DNA of 64,000 bases from positions 10,682 to 74,681 of the IMG/VR virus record IMGVR_UViG_3300007512_001108; one strand, given 5' to 3'. Position numbers and translations under genes: made by a program. The notes under the pieces were generated by a model. The model worked only from the letters and a program-made list of their open reading frames with translations. It made no database searches and was not told where the DNA came from. The DNA is from a virus. Numbering within the stretch: position 1 is the stretch's first letter; each line of letters starts with the position of its first letter. Positions 18,057-27,098 of this stretch are shown here, piece after piece.

Positions 18057-18646
18057 TATTCATCATCCATAAATTTTTCTAATTTGCTTTCTTTCTTTTT
18101 CTTCTTCTTTTTTGTTTCTTTCTTTTTCTTTTTCTTGGGGGTAAAATTTTCTATATCTGTTTCTGTTAAGTTTAATATTTTTGCATATGGGTCTTTCACT
18201 TCTTTTTCACTGTCTGCAAAATAATTTTCCTTATACCACTTTTTATGAGTGCCATCTATATCTGTCAATTCCATCATTTTATATTTAATAAAATTCTGCT
18301 TCTTCTCTTTTTGTATTCTTCTTAGGAATGCATAGTATATAATTTGAGTAAAATACGAAAACGGATTAGTAGATTTTTCTGGGTCAAAATTGTGTGCATA
18401 CATTAAACAGTTTTCAATTCCATCACCTATCATTTCTTCTTTAAAGGGATAATTTATAAAGTTTGGTCTAAAAGATAAATGTTGTGCAATTTTTAGAAAA
18501 CAATCTCCGATATATTCTCCAACAGGTGGTCTAGGTTCTTCAGACCCTTCCGCTTCATTCACAAGTTTTTTCCATTCTGACATTGCAACAAAAAATTCTT
18601 TATTATCTACATAATGATTTACATCTTTTTTATTCTTTTCACTCAT
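18056..18646 (-). CDS. gp55: Late transcription sigma factor gp55
   Basis: HYVDNKEF, CFLKIA..LS.RPNF.NY, DGIENC, NPFSYFTQI.YYAFLRRIQKEK; C-terminal LEKFM resembles a clamp-binding motif. Confidence 0.96.
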   Translation of the reverse strand: MSEKNKKDVNHYVDNKEFFVAMSEWKKLVNEAEGSEEPRPPVGEYIGDCFLKIAQHLSFRPNFINYPFKEEMIGDGIENCLMYAHNFDPEKSTNPFSYFTQIIYYAFLRRIQKEKKQNFIKYKMMELTDIDGTHKKWYKENYFADSEKEVKDPYAKILNLTETDIENFTPKKKKKKETKKKKKKKESKLEKFMDDE

Positions 18647-18664
18647 ATCTTTTCATATTCTTTC

Positions 18665-19318
18665 CTATTCTAAATAATCTTCTGGATGTGGACTCCAATC
18701 TTTCCAATCTTTTCCATATTCTGGGTCATTATCATCTCTAAACGGCTCCCAATCTTCTTTAAGTTCTCCTCCCATTATACTCTCTAAATCAAAGTTTTCA
18801 AGTAAACCTTCTGAAATCATTTGAAAAAATATTTCTGGTGGAATCGCAAGATTGACTACTATAGAATTTGGTTCTATAAGTTGACTGTAATCTACTTTTT
18901 CTTCTTTTGGCACAAAACCATTTGATTTTGATTCTCTTGACTGTAGTATTTCTTGCATTATTTTTAATTTTTCTATTGGGTCTTCGGTTTTTTCCATTCT
19001 GTCTAACTGTTCTTTTAATCTATCTTCTTTGGTTTTTTCAATATTATATAAATCTACCAACTCAATTTCTGGTGTTAAAAACATAGCAATCCAATCACGA
19101 GGAATGGTTGTGATTTGGTCTTTTGAAAACTGTAACCAATTTCTAAACATCAAAATGTCCTTTTGTTTATCGCCTTCAAATAGGGACTTAACCTGCATTT
19201 GCATCGGTCTTTCTATTATAAGGTCTTTTCCTCTTTTACCTTTTATTCTGGTAATTACATCTTGACCACTTCTCAAACGAAGTATTCTATATGAACTTGG
19301 GACTTTTTGGGATTTCAT
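18665..19318 (-). CDS. Hypothetical protein between uvsW and gp55
   Basis: 217-aa ORF; the N-terminal ILRLRSGQDVI..I....LIIERP resembles the Sm-like proteins at this locus in T4-likes. Confidence 0.55.
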   Translation of the reverse strand: MKSQKVPSSYRILRLRSGQDVITRIKGKRGKDLIIERPMQMQVKSLFEGDKQKDILMFRNWLQFSKDQITTIPRDWIAMFLTPEIELVDLYNIEKTKEDRLKEQLDRMEKTEDPIEKLKIMQEILQSRESKSNGFVPKEEKVDYSQLIEPNSIVVNLAIPPEIFFQMISEGLLENFDLESIMGGELKEDWEPFRDDNDPEYGKDWKDWSPHPEDYLE

Positions 19319-19329
19319 TTTCTCTCCAT

Positions 19330-20838
19330 TTATAATCTTACTACCACTGGATTATAATTAAATTTTTCAGACTTGTATATTTTTATTCTTTCAGAAAAAT
19401 GCCTCAAGGTGTGATTTTTATAAGACTTCCAAGACAAATCGTCACCTATATCATATAATTTGGCAATTCCTTTGTTTTTTGATTTCCGTAATTGTCTACC
19501 GATACTTTGCAGTACCCTAATTCTAGATTTTGAGGGGGATGCAAATATGATATTGTTAAGTTTTCTGATAGAAATTCCTGTACTAAAAGTACCATATGAT
19601 GCAACGATAATGGCATCATCATTCTTTTCAACAATATGTCTAATTTCTTCTCTAACCTCAACATTTGTTCCTCCATACACAAAAAATACTTTTCTGTTCG
19701 AGTGAACTTTATCTTTTAACATACTATATAGGACTTTTCCGTGTTCGTCTACAAACTGGAACAATATAAGTGTATTACCCTTTAAATTAGAAGCCATATC
19801 TGTTATAAAATTATTTCTTTTTTTATTGGTTATTAACCATTTCATCTCATCTTGATATTTTGCTCGTTTGACCTCTTTCTTTTCTTCATCTTCATATTTA
19901 AGAACTATAGTATCTATTTCTAATTGAGAAAGCAATTCTTTGTCCATTAATTCTTTTGTTGTTACTACATCATATACAGGTCCGAATAAACCTTCGATTA
20001 CCAACTTATGTGTTTGTGTTCCGTCTAGAGTCCCTGTAGTCCCCACACGGTACGGACAATCGGTTAATTTCGTCATTAGGGTTGTGAGGGACTTGGATTT
20101 AAATAAATGACATTCATCTCCAAAAACCGCACCATATTGGTCAAAATATTCCTTTGGTAGTTTGTATATGCTTTGCCAAGTTGAAATAACTACCTTACAA
20201 GACTTACAGGTTTTATCCCTTCCCGCAAAGACAATATGTGTATCCTTTTCTACATCAAAGGTGTGGTCTATTTGAGAATATTCTGCAAAATCTGAATACA
20301 TTTGAGATACCAACGAAGTGGTAGGAACTATAATTAATATCTTTTTATCCTTTGGGATTTTCTTCATATAGTATCTGATAAGGGAATATATTATTAAACT
20401 TTTTCCTGATGCGGTAGGAGAAAGAAGCAAACATCTGTCATTGTTTATTGCGTGTGTAATGGCATTAACTTGATGGTCGTGAGAAACAATCATTTCATCG
20501 GATGCGATTGGTTGCAATTCGATATCAACATATTTTCTAGTTTCTTCAGTTGTAATAGAATTTTGATTTTGAAACTCTTCTGGTTTTATAATTTGTATAT
20601 TATAACTTCTATCTTCTGCAAACTTATAAATGTAATTTAGAAGTCCTGCATATATGGTTTGTCCGTATACATTATATAATTTAATAGTACCGTCCCACAT
20701 TTTATTTTTATATTGTGGCATAAACTTATAGCCAGGAACTTTAAAGGTAAAGAAATCAGATAACTCTTTTGCGATTCCCCTTTCACATCTAACCTTTATG
20801 TTTACCGTATCTACTTTTTCTATGATTAAATCACTCAT
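19330..20838 (-). CDS. uvsW: UvsW helicase
   Basis: SPTASGKS, IIVPTTSLV.QM, STWQS, DECH, GTTGT, LQSIGR. Confidence 0.97.
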   Translation of the reverse strand: MSDLIIEKVDTVNIKVRCERGIAKELSDFFTFKVPGYKFMPQYKNKMWDGTIKLYNVYGQTIYAGLLNYIYKFAEDRSYNIQIIKPEEFQNQNSITTEETRKYVDIELQPIASDEMIVSHDHQVNAITHAINNDRCLLLSPTASGKSLIIYSLIRYYMKKIPKDKKILIIVPTTSLVSQMYSDFAEYSQIDHTFDVEKDTHIVFAGRDKTCKSCKVVISTWQSIYKLPKEYFDQYGAVFGDECHLFKSKSLTTLMTKLTDCPYRVGTTGTLDGTQTHKLVIEGLFGPVYDVVTTKELMDKELLSQLEIDTIVLKYEDEEKKEVKRAKYQDEMKWLITNKKRNNFITDMASNLKGNTLILFQFVDEHGKVLYSMLKDKVHSNRKVFFVYGGTNVEVREEIRHIVEKNDDAIIVASYGTFSTGISIRKLNNIIFASPSKSRIRVLQSIGRQLRKSKNKGIAKLYDIGDDLSWKSYKNHTLRHFSERIKIYKSEKFNYNPVVVRL

Positions 20839-20854
20839 ATCATTACACTATGTA

Positions 20855-21370
20855 TTATGGAAAAAAGGGTTTTCCGTCAAAATTTATGGATACTGCTCCA
20901 TCGAATATAGAACCTTCCCAATATGCACAGACAATTCCAGATTCTTTTAACATCTGAATTCCGTTTTCACAAGAATCTTTCCATCTATCTGGCATAATAT
21001 CTAATAGATTCTTGTGTCCTATTACCTTTGTAATTCCCGATTGTATGATTGCTCTTGCACAATCACAACAAGAATACCAAGGACAACACATCCACAATCC
21101 TTGTGTTGGCATTCCTCGTTCTACTGCTTTGTATATCACATTTCTTTCTGCGTGTTCTACAAAACAATACTTATTTGGTCTTTCCCACCTTTCTGGTTTA
21201 TCGTGTACACCTCTTGGTAATCCATTACATTCTCCTAGCAGTATACCCTTACTTTGATGTATAAGGATTGCACCATTTTGTGTAGAAGGGTCTATGCTGT
21301 GTGTTGCATGAATATATGCCTGTTTTAGATATACTTCATTCATTATGTCTGTGTTTGGATTATACGCCAC
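20855..21370 (-). CDS. cd: dCMP deaminase
   Basis: S.DPSTQNGA, NGLPRG, EHAERN, CCDCARAIIQSGI zinc-deaminase motifs. Confidence 0.85.
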   Translation of the reverse strand: MAYNPNTDIMNEVYLKQAYIHATHSIDPSTQNGAILIHQSKGILLGECNGLPRGVHDKPERWERPNKYCFVEHAERNVIYKAVERGMPTQGLWMCCPWYSCCDCARAIIQSGITKVIGHKNLLDIMPDRWKDSCENGIQMLKESGIVCAYWEGSIFDGAVSINFDGKPFFP

Positions 21371-21794
21371 TTACAAATTTTCTCCACTCTATTGCATTAC
21401 GAATCTTCCAGTGTCTTGTATTTAATTCTTTAATTATAGATTCTAAGTATTCTATTTTTTCTTTTTGATAATCTACCTTATGGGATATTGTAATAATCTC
21501 ATCATCAGATTCTAAATACTTGTCTATATCCGTCTTTAATATTTTTAAAGGGAATGCCTCAAGACCCAATTCATTAAGTGTATCTTCATCTAATTTACCA
21601 GTATAATACTCCCACTTAATTCGTATAGACTTTTTAAGTTCACTAGTAAGTTTGGAAAGTAATAACTTTTCATCGTGATAGATGTTAAGATATTTGTTGT
21701 GTAGTTGTGGCAACTTTAAAGATTCCAAATCTAATGCTGTGTAATCAATAGAACAGTCTTCTTTTGCCATCTTTCGTATTTCTTCTAATTTCAT
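21360..21794 (-). CDS. uvsY: Recombination mediator UvsY
   Basis: D.SID...LD.ESLK.PQLH.KY, WEYYTGK, R.W.IRNAIEW.KF; start MKLEE at 21794 behind a GGAG SD. Confidence 0.93.
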   Translation of the reverse strand: MKLEEIRKMAKEDCSIDYTALDLESLKLPQLHNKYLNIYHDEKLLLSKLTSELKKSIRIKWEYYTGKLDEDTLNELGLEAFPLKILKTDIDKYLESDDEIITISHKVDYQKEKIEYLESIIKELNTRHWKIRNAIEWRKFVSGV

Positions 21795-21818
21795 AATATT
21801 ACTCCAATGTGTATACAA

Positions 21819-21846
21819 AGTATAACACAAAAAAATTAAAAATCAA
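21819..21846 (-). promoter_or_regulatory. sigma70-type promoter with extended -10 upstream of uvsY
   Basis: TTGATT (21846-21841), 16-nt spacer ending TGT, then TATACT (21824-21819). Confidence 0.6.
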
Positions 21847-22425
21847 TCATAATTTTTTAATATCGTATGAAGTAAATGCAAAAGTGGCACTGCCTATAAC
21901 TGGTTCTGAATCATCTGTAGTACTTGTGAAGTTTATACCAGAAAGTGATTTTGGAAAAATATCTTTAAATTCTATTTCTAAATTTGGCTTCATTGCGCTA
22001 TTTAATATAATCAATCTAGCATCTGAAAAATGGGTTGTTGGTTCTGTTTCAAACTCATCATAGTCTTCTACATTTTTAAGACTTCTCATCCAATTGAAAA
22101 TCTCTCTCCAGTTTTCCATATCTTCATCTACAATAAAACTTATTTCTAAATCGCCGTATGTAAATGAATTGCCAGGATGTTTGATTGGAATAAATACCGT
22201 TGGTTGTTCCATTTCTCCAAGATTAACATCTGGAATGTTTGCCGCTTGACAAAAATAAGTTATATTAGGAGTTCTGGTAAGAAGAAATCTAAATCCTGTA
22301 GTTAACAATGGATTTGGATTGGATATATTTCTATCATTGATATCCAAAGGAACACCACCAAAGTGAGTTGCTCTTTCAACAATTCCAAAATAATCTGCTT
22401 GTGTAATCTTTTTTGCCTTTGCCAT
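21847..22425 (-). CDS. gp3: Tail tube terminator/completion protein gp3
   Basis: N.L...GFRF...R.P...YFCQAANIP, FIVDEDMENW.EI..WM, F.DIFP.SLSG. Confidence 0.9.
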   Translation of the reverse strand: MAKAKKITQADYFGIVERATHFGGVPLDINDRNISNPNPLLTTGFRFLLTRTPNITYFCQAANIPDVNLGEMEQPTVFIPIKHPGNSFTYGDLEISFIVDEDMENWREIFNWMRSLKNVEDYDEFETEPTTHFSDARLIILNSAMKPNLEIEFKDIFPKSLSGINFTSTTDDSEPVIGSATFAFTSYDIKKL

Positions 22426-22450
22426 ATAATAATTCTCCTATAGTATGTAT

Positions 22451-22484
22451 AAAAGAAAAAGGGAGTCCCCAAAAGGACTCCCTT
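22451..22484 (-). terminator. Rho-independent terminator after gp23
   Basis: AAGGGAGTCC-TTTTGG-GGACTCCCTT 10-bp stem followed by TTTCTTTT on the minus strand. Confidence 0.9.
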
Positions 22485-22509
22485 ATCTTATTCCTTAACA
22501 ACTACTGTA

Positions 22510-23970
22510 TTAGGAGTTCAAACCGTGAAGGTTATCTACTCTAAAGATACGGTAGTATTGGTTGTTTCGGATTGCACCCTGAGTGTGTGGGTCAGAGTCA
22601 TTTACGAATGGGTTGTTTACCATTCCGTAACGAGTTTTAAACCCGATTTTTGGTTGGAAAGTGTTTTCCCCAACGGCACGAACCATTTGTAGTGGAACAT
22701 ATGGACAGTAGAACATACCAGCATCATACGGGCTAGTTCCACGATATCCTACACATACAAAGTCTTTTGCAAGTGTGGAAATACCAGTTCCTGAATATGG
22801 GTCAACATAAACTTTAATCTTACCACCACCAACTGTACCGACAAAAGTGTTACCTGTGTCATCTACATTTGCGACTGCTTGGTCACCACCAGAAAGTTGC
22901 ATCCAACCACTCATTGCAAGAGCGGAAGCAACATCTGCGGAACAAAGGATAAAGTTACCTTTTCCTCTACGAGTTTCTTTTGCAATAGTATTGCATTCTC
23001 GTTCGATTTGGAATTGAAGACCACGGAATCGTTCAGCACTCCATCGACCATCTGAATCTTGGTCTAGGTCATAAATACCACCAAGTGCGGTTGCGGATGT
23101 TGAACCTGCAGCGGGTGCGGCAGAGAAACCATCGTTAGCACCACGACCTGCGTAGTATAGGTCTTGCTGTTGGCAACCCAACTTAGCATTGATGTAGATT
23201 GTACGAACTACTTCTCGGTTAATTTCAGCAAGAATTTCGTTGCTAAGAATGTTAGCAAGTTCTGTTTCTGCATCCAAACCGTGGACTGCTTTCAAGTCCT
23301 GTGCGAGTTCAGTTGTATATTCTGCTTTCAACGCACGGGTTTTAGCAGCGACTGCTGTTCTTTCGATGCTGAATGCCATTTGTTGGAAACTTGATGCGTT
23401 CAAGTTTTCAGCGGCTGATGTTGACATTGCTGGGTTTACACCGTAATCAGCACCAACTGTACCACCACCTGTACCAACTGCACCTAATGTAATACCTTCG
23501 GAGAATAGTGGGTCACCACCGCCTCGGTTATTACCTGTACCTGTTGCTGCCCAACCACCGTGATTACCTGCTGAAGCACCACCGAATGATGTTCGTGCTT
23601 CGTTGTATAGTGCTTCGTCATATGGTTGACCATCATACTTAGCCTTCATTGCAAAGATAAGTCCTGTAGGACCTGTCATTGGTTGAACACCACATACATC
23701 GTATGCGATTAGGTTAGGCATTGCTCGTCTAACAAGTGAGATAAGAATTGGGTCGTATCCCTGCATGTTTGAGTTTGAGTTATTTGTAGCGAGTCCAAGT
23801 CCACCACCAACTGCGTTGCTGACTTCGTTAATTGCTACTTCTTGATTTTCCAATAAAATTGCAGTAACTCTCTTCTTATAAGTATCTTCAATCTTTGGCA
23901 TATCGTTATGCTCAATGATTGGCGACCACTTTTCTTGAAGTTGTTCTGCAGCGACTAAAGTAGGGTCCAT
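22510..23970 (-). CDS. gp23: Major capsid protein gp23
   Basis: LISLVRRAMPNLIAYDVCGVQPMTGPTGLIFAM, RALKAEYT.ELAQDLKAVHGLDAE.EL, FQPKIGFKTRYG. Confidence 0.99.
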   Translation of the reverse strand: MDPTLVAAEQLQEKWSPIIEHNDMPKIEDTYKKRVTAILLENQEVAINEVSNAVGGGLGLATNNSNSNMQGYDPILISLVRRAMPNLIAYDVCGVQPMTGPTGLIFAMKAKYDGQPYDEALYNEARTSFGGASAGNHGGWAATGTGNNRGGGDPLFSEGITLGAVGTGGGTVGADYGVNPAMSTSAAENLNASSFQQMAFSIERTAVAAKTRALKAEYTTELAQDLKAVHGLDAETELANILSNEILAEINREVVRTIYINAKLGCQQQDLYYAGRGANDGFSAAPAAGSTSATALGGIYDLDQDSDGRWSAERFRGLQFQIERECNTIAKETRRGKGNFILCSADVASALAMSGWMQLSGGDQAVANVDDTGNTFVGTVGGGKIKVYVDPYSGTGISTLAKDFVCVGYRGTSPYDAGMFYCPYVPLQMVRAVGENTFQPKIGFKTRYGMVNNPFVNDSDPHTQGAIRNNQYYRIFRVDNLHGLNS

Positions 23971-24042
23971 TGCATTTCTCCTCTGTTTGTTAAATTCTAA
24001 CTTTACTACTTGTTATAGTTTAATTAAAAACTGTTTGCGACT

Positions 24043-24050
24043 TATTTATA
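24043..24050 (-). promoter_or_regulatory. T4-type late promoter for gp23
   Basis: Intergenic AAGTATAAATA. Confidence 0.8.
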
Positions 24051-24062
24051 CTTTCTTGACAT

Positions 24063-25316
24063 TCAAGAGAGTTTGTTGTATGACGAATGTTTTGAGATTG
24101 CTCTCATATAATCTGCCATTTGTCCTTTTACTTCACCTTTACTTTCTTTTTCTGTTTCTTCTGTAAGTACAGTTTCTTCAAAGTTTGATGATTCAGGATT
24201 AGTTTTGTTGAAATATGATTCTTTAAGAAGATTTAATTTTTCTTTATATGTTTCTTCTGTATCATATTCGATACCTTCTGCTAGTGAACGAAGTTTTTCA
24301 ACTTCTGTGTCTACTAGACCCACACATACTTCTGTGAATGCTTTAGAACAAACATTTTCTAGAAGTTCTTTCTTTAATTCGATATTCTTTTCGATTTGCT
24401 CATTAAGTTGAGTTTCCATATCAGTAATCTTAGTTAAGGATGACTCAACAATATCATACTTTTCGTCTGGAATTTCAACATAGTGTTGTTCGAACAAATC
24501 TTTAAGACCATTAATGAAACTTTCAGAAACTTCTGAACGAATACCACTATCTACTGCTAGTTCGTTTTCTTTCATCCATTCCTCTACAACATAGTTTAGA
24601 TAATCATCTAATTTAGTTGTTAACTCTTCATTAAGTTTTTCAACTTCTTCTGTAAGAGCAGTTTCGTATTGTGTGTTAAGGTCTTCTTGAATTGCTTTAA
24701 CTTGTTCGTTAACAGCGGCTTCAAAGATAGTTGTTGCTTTGGTTCGGAATTCTTCACTTAGGTCTTCCCCAGAGAACAATGCAGATACTGCTTCTTTAGT
24801 ACCCTTCATTGTTTCTTTAGTAGCATCACCAGTCTTAGATGGTTTCATCTTTGGTTCTTTTGCTTTCTTTTTACCTTTAGGGGTAGGAGTTGCCTTTTTA
24901 CCTTCAGCATCTTGGTTATCATCGACATCTAGGATAGTTTCTGATTCGTCAATTTCTTCATCATCGTCTTTCCCGTTCTTGCCGTTTTTACCATTCTTAC
25001 CGTTCTTCTTTAACCAAGGGGGTAGTTTACCTTCATCGACTTCATCTTCGTCATCATCATCATCTTCGTCATCGTCTTCGTCTTCATTAGTTGATTTAGA
25101 TTTTGATTCTTTGACTTCATCTTCGTCATCGTCATCGTCATCATCTTCAGCATCATCATCTTCATTAGTTGCTTTGGATTTTGCTTCTTCGAGTTCGAGG
25201 TCTTCTAGAATTTCTTCTGCTACTTCTTCGGTTGTATCGTCAGCACTTTCTGAAATAGGTGCTGTGTCCCGTTCCAAAATTTCCCTTGCTACTTGAATTG
25301 CATCTTTATAGCCCAT
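24063..25316 (-). CDS. gp22: Prohead core scaffold gp22 with long acidic N-terminal extension
   Basis: LSEEFRTKATTIFEAAV, LDDYLNYVVEEWM.ENELA, ESFINGLK.LF..HY; position between gp21 and gp23. Confidence 0.93.
   Translation of the reverse strand: MGYKDAIQVAREILERDTAPISESADDTTEEVAEEILEDLELEEAKSKATNEDDDAEDDDDDDDEDEVKESKSKSTNEDEDDDEDDDDDEDEVDEGKLPPWLKKNGKNGKNGKNGKDDDEEIDESETILDVDDNQDAEGKKATPTPKGKKKAKEPKMKPSKTGDATKETMKGTKEAVSALFSGEDLSEEFRTKATTIFEAAVNEQVKAIQEDLNTQYETALTEEVEKLNEELTTKLDDYLNYVVEEWMKENELAVDSGIRSEVSESFINGLKDLFEQHYVEIPDEKYDIVESSLTKITDMETQLNEQIEKNIELKKELLENVCSKAFTEVCVGLVDTEVEKLRSLAEGIEYDTEETYKEKLNLLKESYFNKTNPESSNFEETVLTEETEKESKGEVKGQMADYMRAISKHSSYNKLS
24965..25190 (-). repeat. Coding tandem repeats in gp22: 2x KSK.TNE(D/E)n-EDEV and 4x KNG
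   Basis: Visible tcatcgtc/tcttcattagttg repeats and ccgttctt/ccgttttt/ccattctt 9-bp units. Confidence 0.8.
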
Positions 25317-25381
25317 TTGACTAACTCCTTTTAATTTCTTTGTATCTATCTATTAAAGATAAAAATTAACTATTATCCTAC

Positions 25382-25389
25382 TATTTATA
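25382..25389 (-). promoter_or_regulatory. T4-type late promoter for gp22
   Basis: GTATAAATA overlapping the gp21 stop codon. Confidence 0.65.
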
Positions 25390-26050
25390 CATTTCTAATT
25401 TTAGAGAGGAAGTTTTTGAACACATCTAACTTCTTTTCTTCCAACTCTTGTTTTGATTCCCTAGATGCTCTATTTATCATAGAACAATACGAATTTAAGT
25501 CCTGTTCTTTTAATATTCCATTATCCCAAATCCACGCTTTACCTTCCATAATGCCATTTACAAAGGCATCAGGTGCGGATGGGTCTGCAACAATATCGAT
25601 TGCAGAAAGCATAAAGTCTTTTTGAACTTCATTTATGCCATTTACTTGTTTGAGTGTTCCCATACCTCTAGAAGAAACACCTAATTTGACTCCACCCTCC
25701 ATTAGATTTTTTACAATTTTACCATATGGAGTTTCTAAAATCTTTGCTTTACCTATAATATTATCTCCATCTGCTTTTAATGATTCAACTAGATGAGATA
25801 CTCTTTCTAGATTTACTGTAGGTCCTTCTGGGTGACCTAATTCACCCATTGCTCTACCTTCTTTTACATAATCGTTTTGATATCTTTTTGCTTCTTTCAT
25901 AAGAACGGATTTTGGATATATTCTACCGTTTCTATTTTTTTGTTCAGATTGCATAAAAATACCTTCAATGTAGTATTCTTTTACTCCATTTTTTTTATCT
26001 TCTACAAGAAATTTAATATCTTCTGCGTGTTCTGTGATTAGTTTTAACAT
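25385..26050 (-). CDS. gp21: Prohead protease gp21
   Basis: YIEGIFMQSE..NRNGR.YP, GELGHP, GVSSRGMG, DIVADPSAPDAFV. Confidence 0.97.
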   Translation of the reverse strand: MLKLITEHAEDIKFLVEDKKNGVKEYYIEGIFMQSEQKNRNGRIYPKSVLMKEAKRYQNDYVKEGRAMGELGHPEGPTVNLERVSHLVESLKADGDNIIGKAKILETPYGKIVKNLMEGGVKLGVSSRGMGTLKQVNGINEVQKDFMLSAIDIVADPSAPDAFVNGIMEGKAWIWDNGILKEQDLNSYCSMINRASRESKQELEEKKLDVFKNFLSKIRNV

Positions 26051-26502
26051 TATGCTTCTGCTCTTTTTCGTTGTTTTTCTTTCTTCATCTGAACGGAGAG
26101 GTCACGAATCTTTTCTTGACTTGCAGCCATTTTTTCTTTTTCTTTTGCAATATCTAATTCAGCGCCTTCATCAACACCCGTTTCTTTTTCTTTGTCGGAC
26201 TTCCAGTTTTTATCCACATAATTATAGAATTCTTTCTTCTTATCACCTTCAAGTTTATCTGGTGCTGTTACTCCAAATTTTTTCAATGCTGATTTGAAAA
26301 ACTTTTGATATTCGTCACCATCATCATCGGATTCGTGTTGAACACTTTCATTACCATTGTTACAACCACATCCTTCGGACATTTCTTTTTTATCTTGGAT
26401 AGATTCTTCAATCTTCAAATACAAAGCATCAAAGATGGTTTCTGTTGCATCTTTATAGTTTCCTTCTTTGACATTATTAAGTAAATCTGTTAATTGAGCC
26501 AT
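26050..26502 (-). CDS. Probable prohead core protein (gp68 position)
   Basis: Charged protein between portal and protease; contains a YQKFFKSALKKFGV..KKKEFYNYVDKNW module. Confidence 0.5.
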   Translation of the reverse strand: MAQLTDLLNNVKEGNYKDATETIFDALYLKIEESIQDKKEMSEGCGCNNGNESVQHESDDDGDEYQKFFKSALKKFGVTAPDKLEGDKKKEFYNYVDKNWKSDKEKETGVDEGAELDIAKEKEKMAASQEKIRDLSVQMKKEKQRKRAEA

Positions 26503-26511
26503 CTCTATCTC

Positions 26512-27087
26512 CTAGTTTATGTGTCCTAATAGGGTTTCAACAATATCTGAAGATTCAGAAATCTTATTGATGAATTGTTCTCTTTCATCACTATTTAGTG
26601 AATCGTGTATTTCTGCCAACAAATTTGCTTCGTTTTTAGTAATAAACATAGAACTTCCATCTTCAAAAATAATTTGTTCTCCATCTTCGCTATTTAAGAT
26701 GTCAGAAAGTGATTCAGAAACTGTTCCTTTCATGTCTTTTGCAACAAGACTCAACATTTGGAGCATTTCTTTATCCTTTATTCCTTTAACATCTACAGTC
26801 TTTCCTTTTACTTTGATTAAATTCTTTTTAACTCCTACTTCAGTGGCAGCACTTACGAATTTCTTTACATCTGATGGACTTTTGAAAGTGTATGTTCCTT
26901 CATCCAGTTCAACGGATTCTTTTATTTCCTCTTTATTTTCTGGTTTAATAAGAGAAGAAGAAATTTCTTTCTTTCGATTTTCTAGTTTATTAGATATTCT
27001 GTCTACAACCATATCATTAAGATGACTTGTAAATTTTGCGCCATCTTTATTTATTACGGATTTTAATAAATTCTTAACATTAGACAT
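26512..27087 (-). CDS. Probable prohead core protein (gp67/gp68 position)
   Basis: Directly after the portal; helical charged N-terminus and several [ILV]xE motifs like gp21 cleavage sites (IKE, LDE, VSE, ISE). Confidence 0.5.
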   Translation of the reverse strand: MSNVKNLLKSVINKDGAKFTSHLNDMVVDRISNKLENRKKEISSSLIKPENKEEIKESVELDEGTYTFKSPSDVKKFVSAATEVGVKKNLIKVKGKTVDVKGIKDKEMLQMLSLVAKDMKGTVSESLSDILNSEDGEQIIFEDGSSMFITKNEANLLAEIHDSLNSDEREQFINKISESSDIVETLLGHIN

Positions 27088-27098
27088 TTGTGTTCTCC

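Noticed and set aside
24965-25190. Repeats that might be a CRISPR array or a non-coding VNTR
   Set aside because: In-frame, degenerate coding repeats with no constant repeat-spacer structure.
24739-25296. 185-aa plus-strand poly-Ser ORF
   Set aside because: Antisense shadow of the Asp/Glu repeats of gp22 (GAT/GAA read as TCA/TCT).
26519-27025. 168-aa plus-strand ORF and the many other short plus-strand ORFs
   Set aside because: They lie antisense to well-supported minus-strand genes, have Ser/Phe/Ile-rich shadow composition and show no recognisable motifs.
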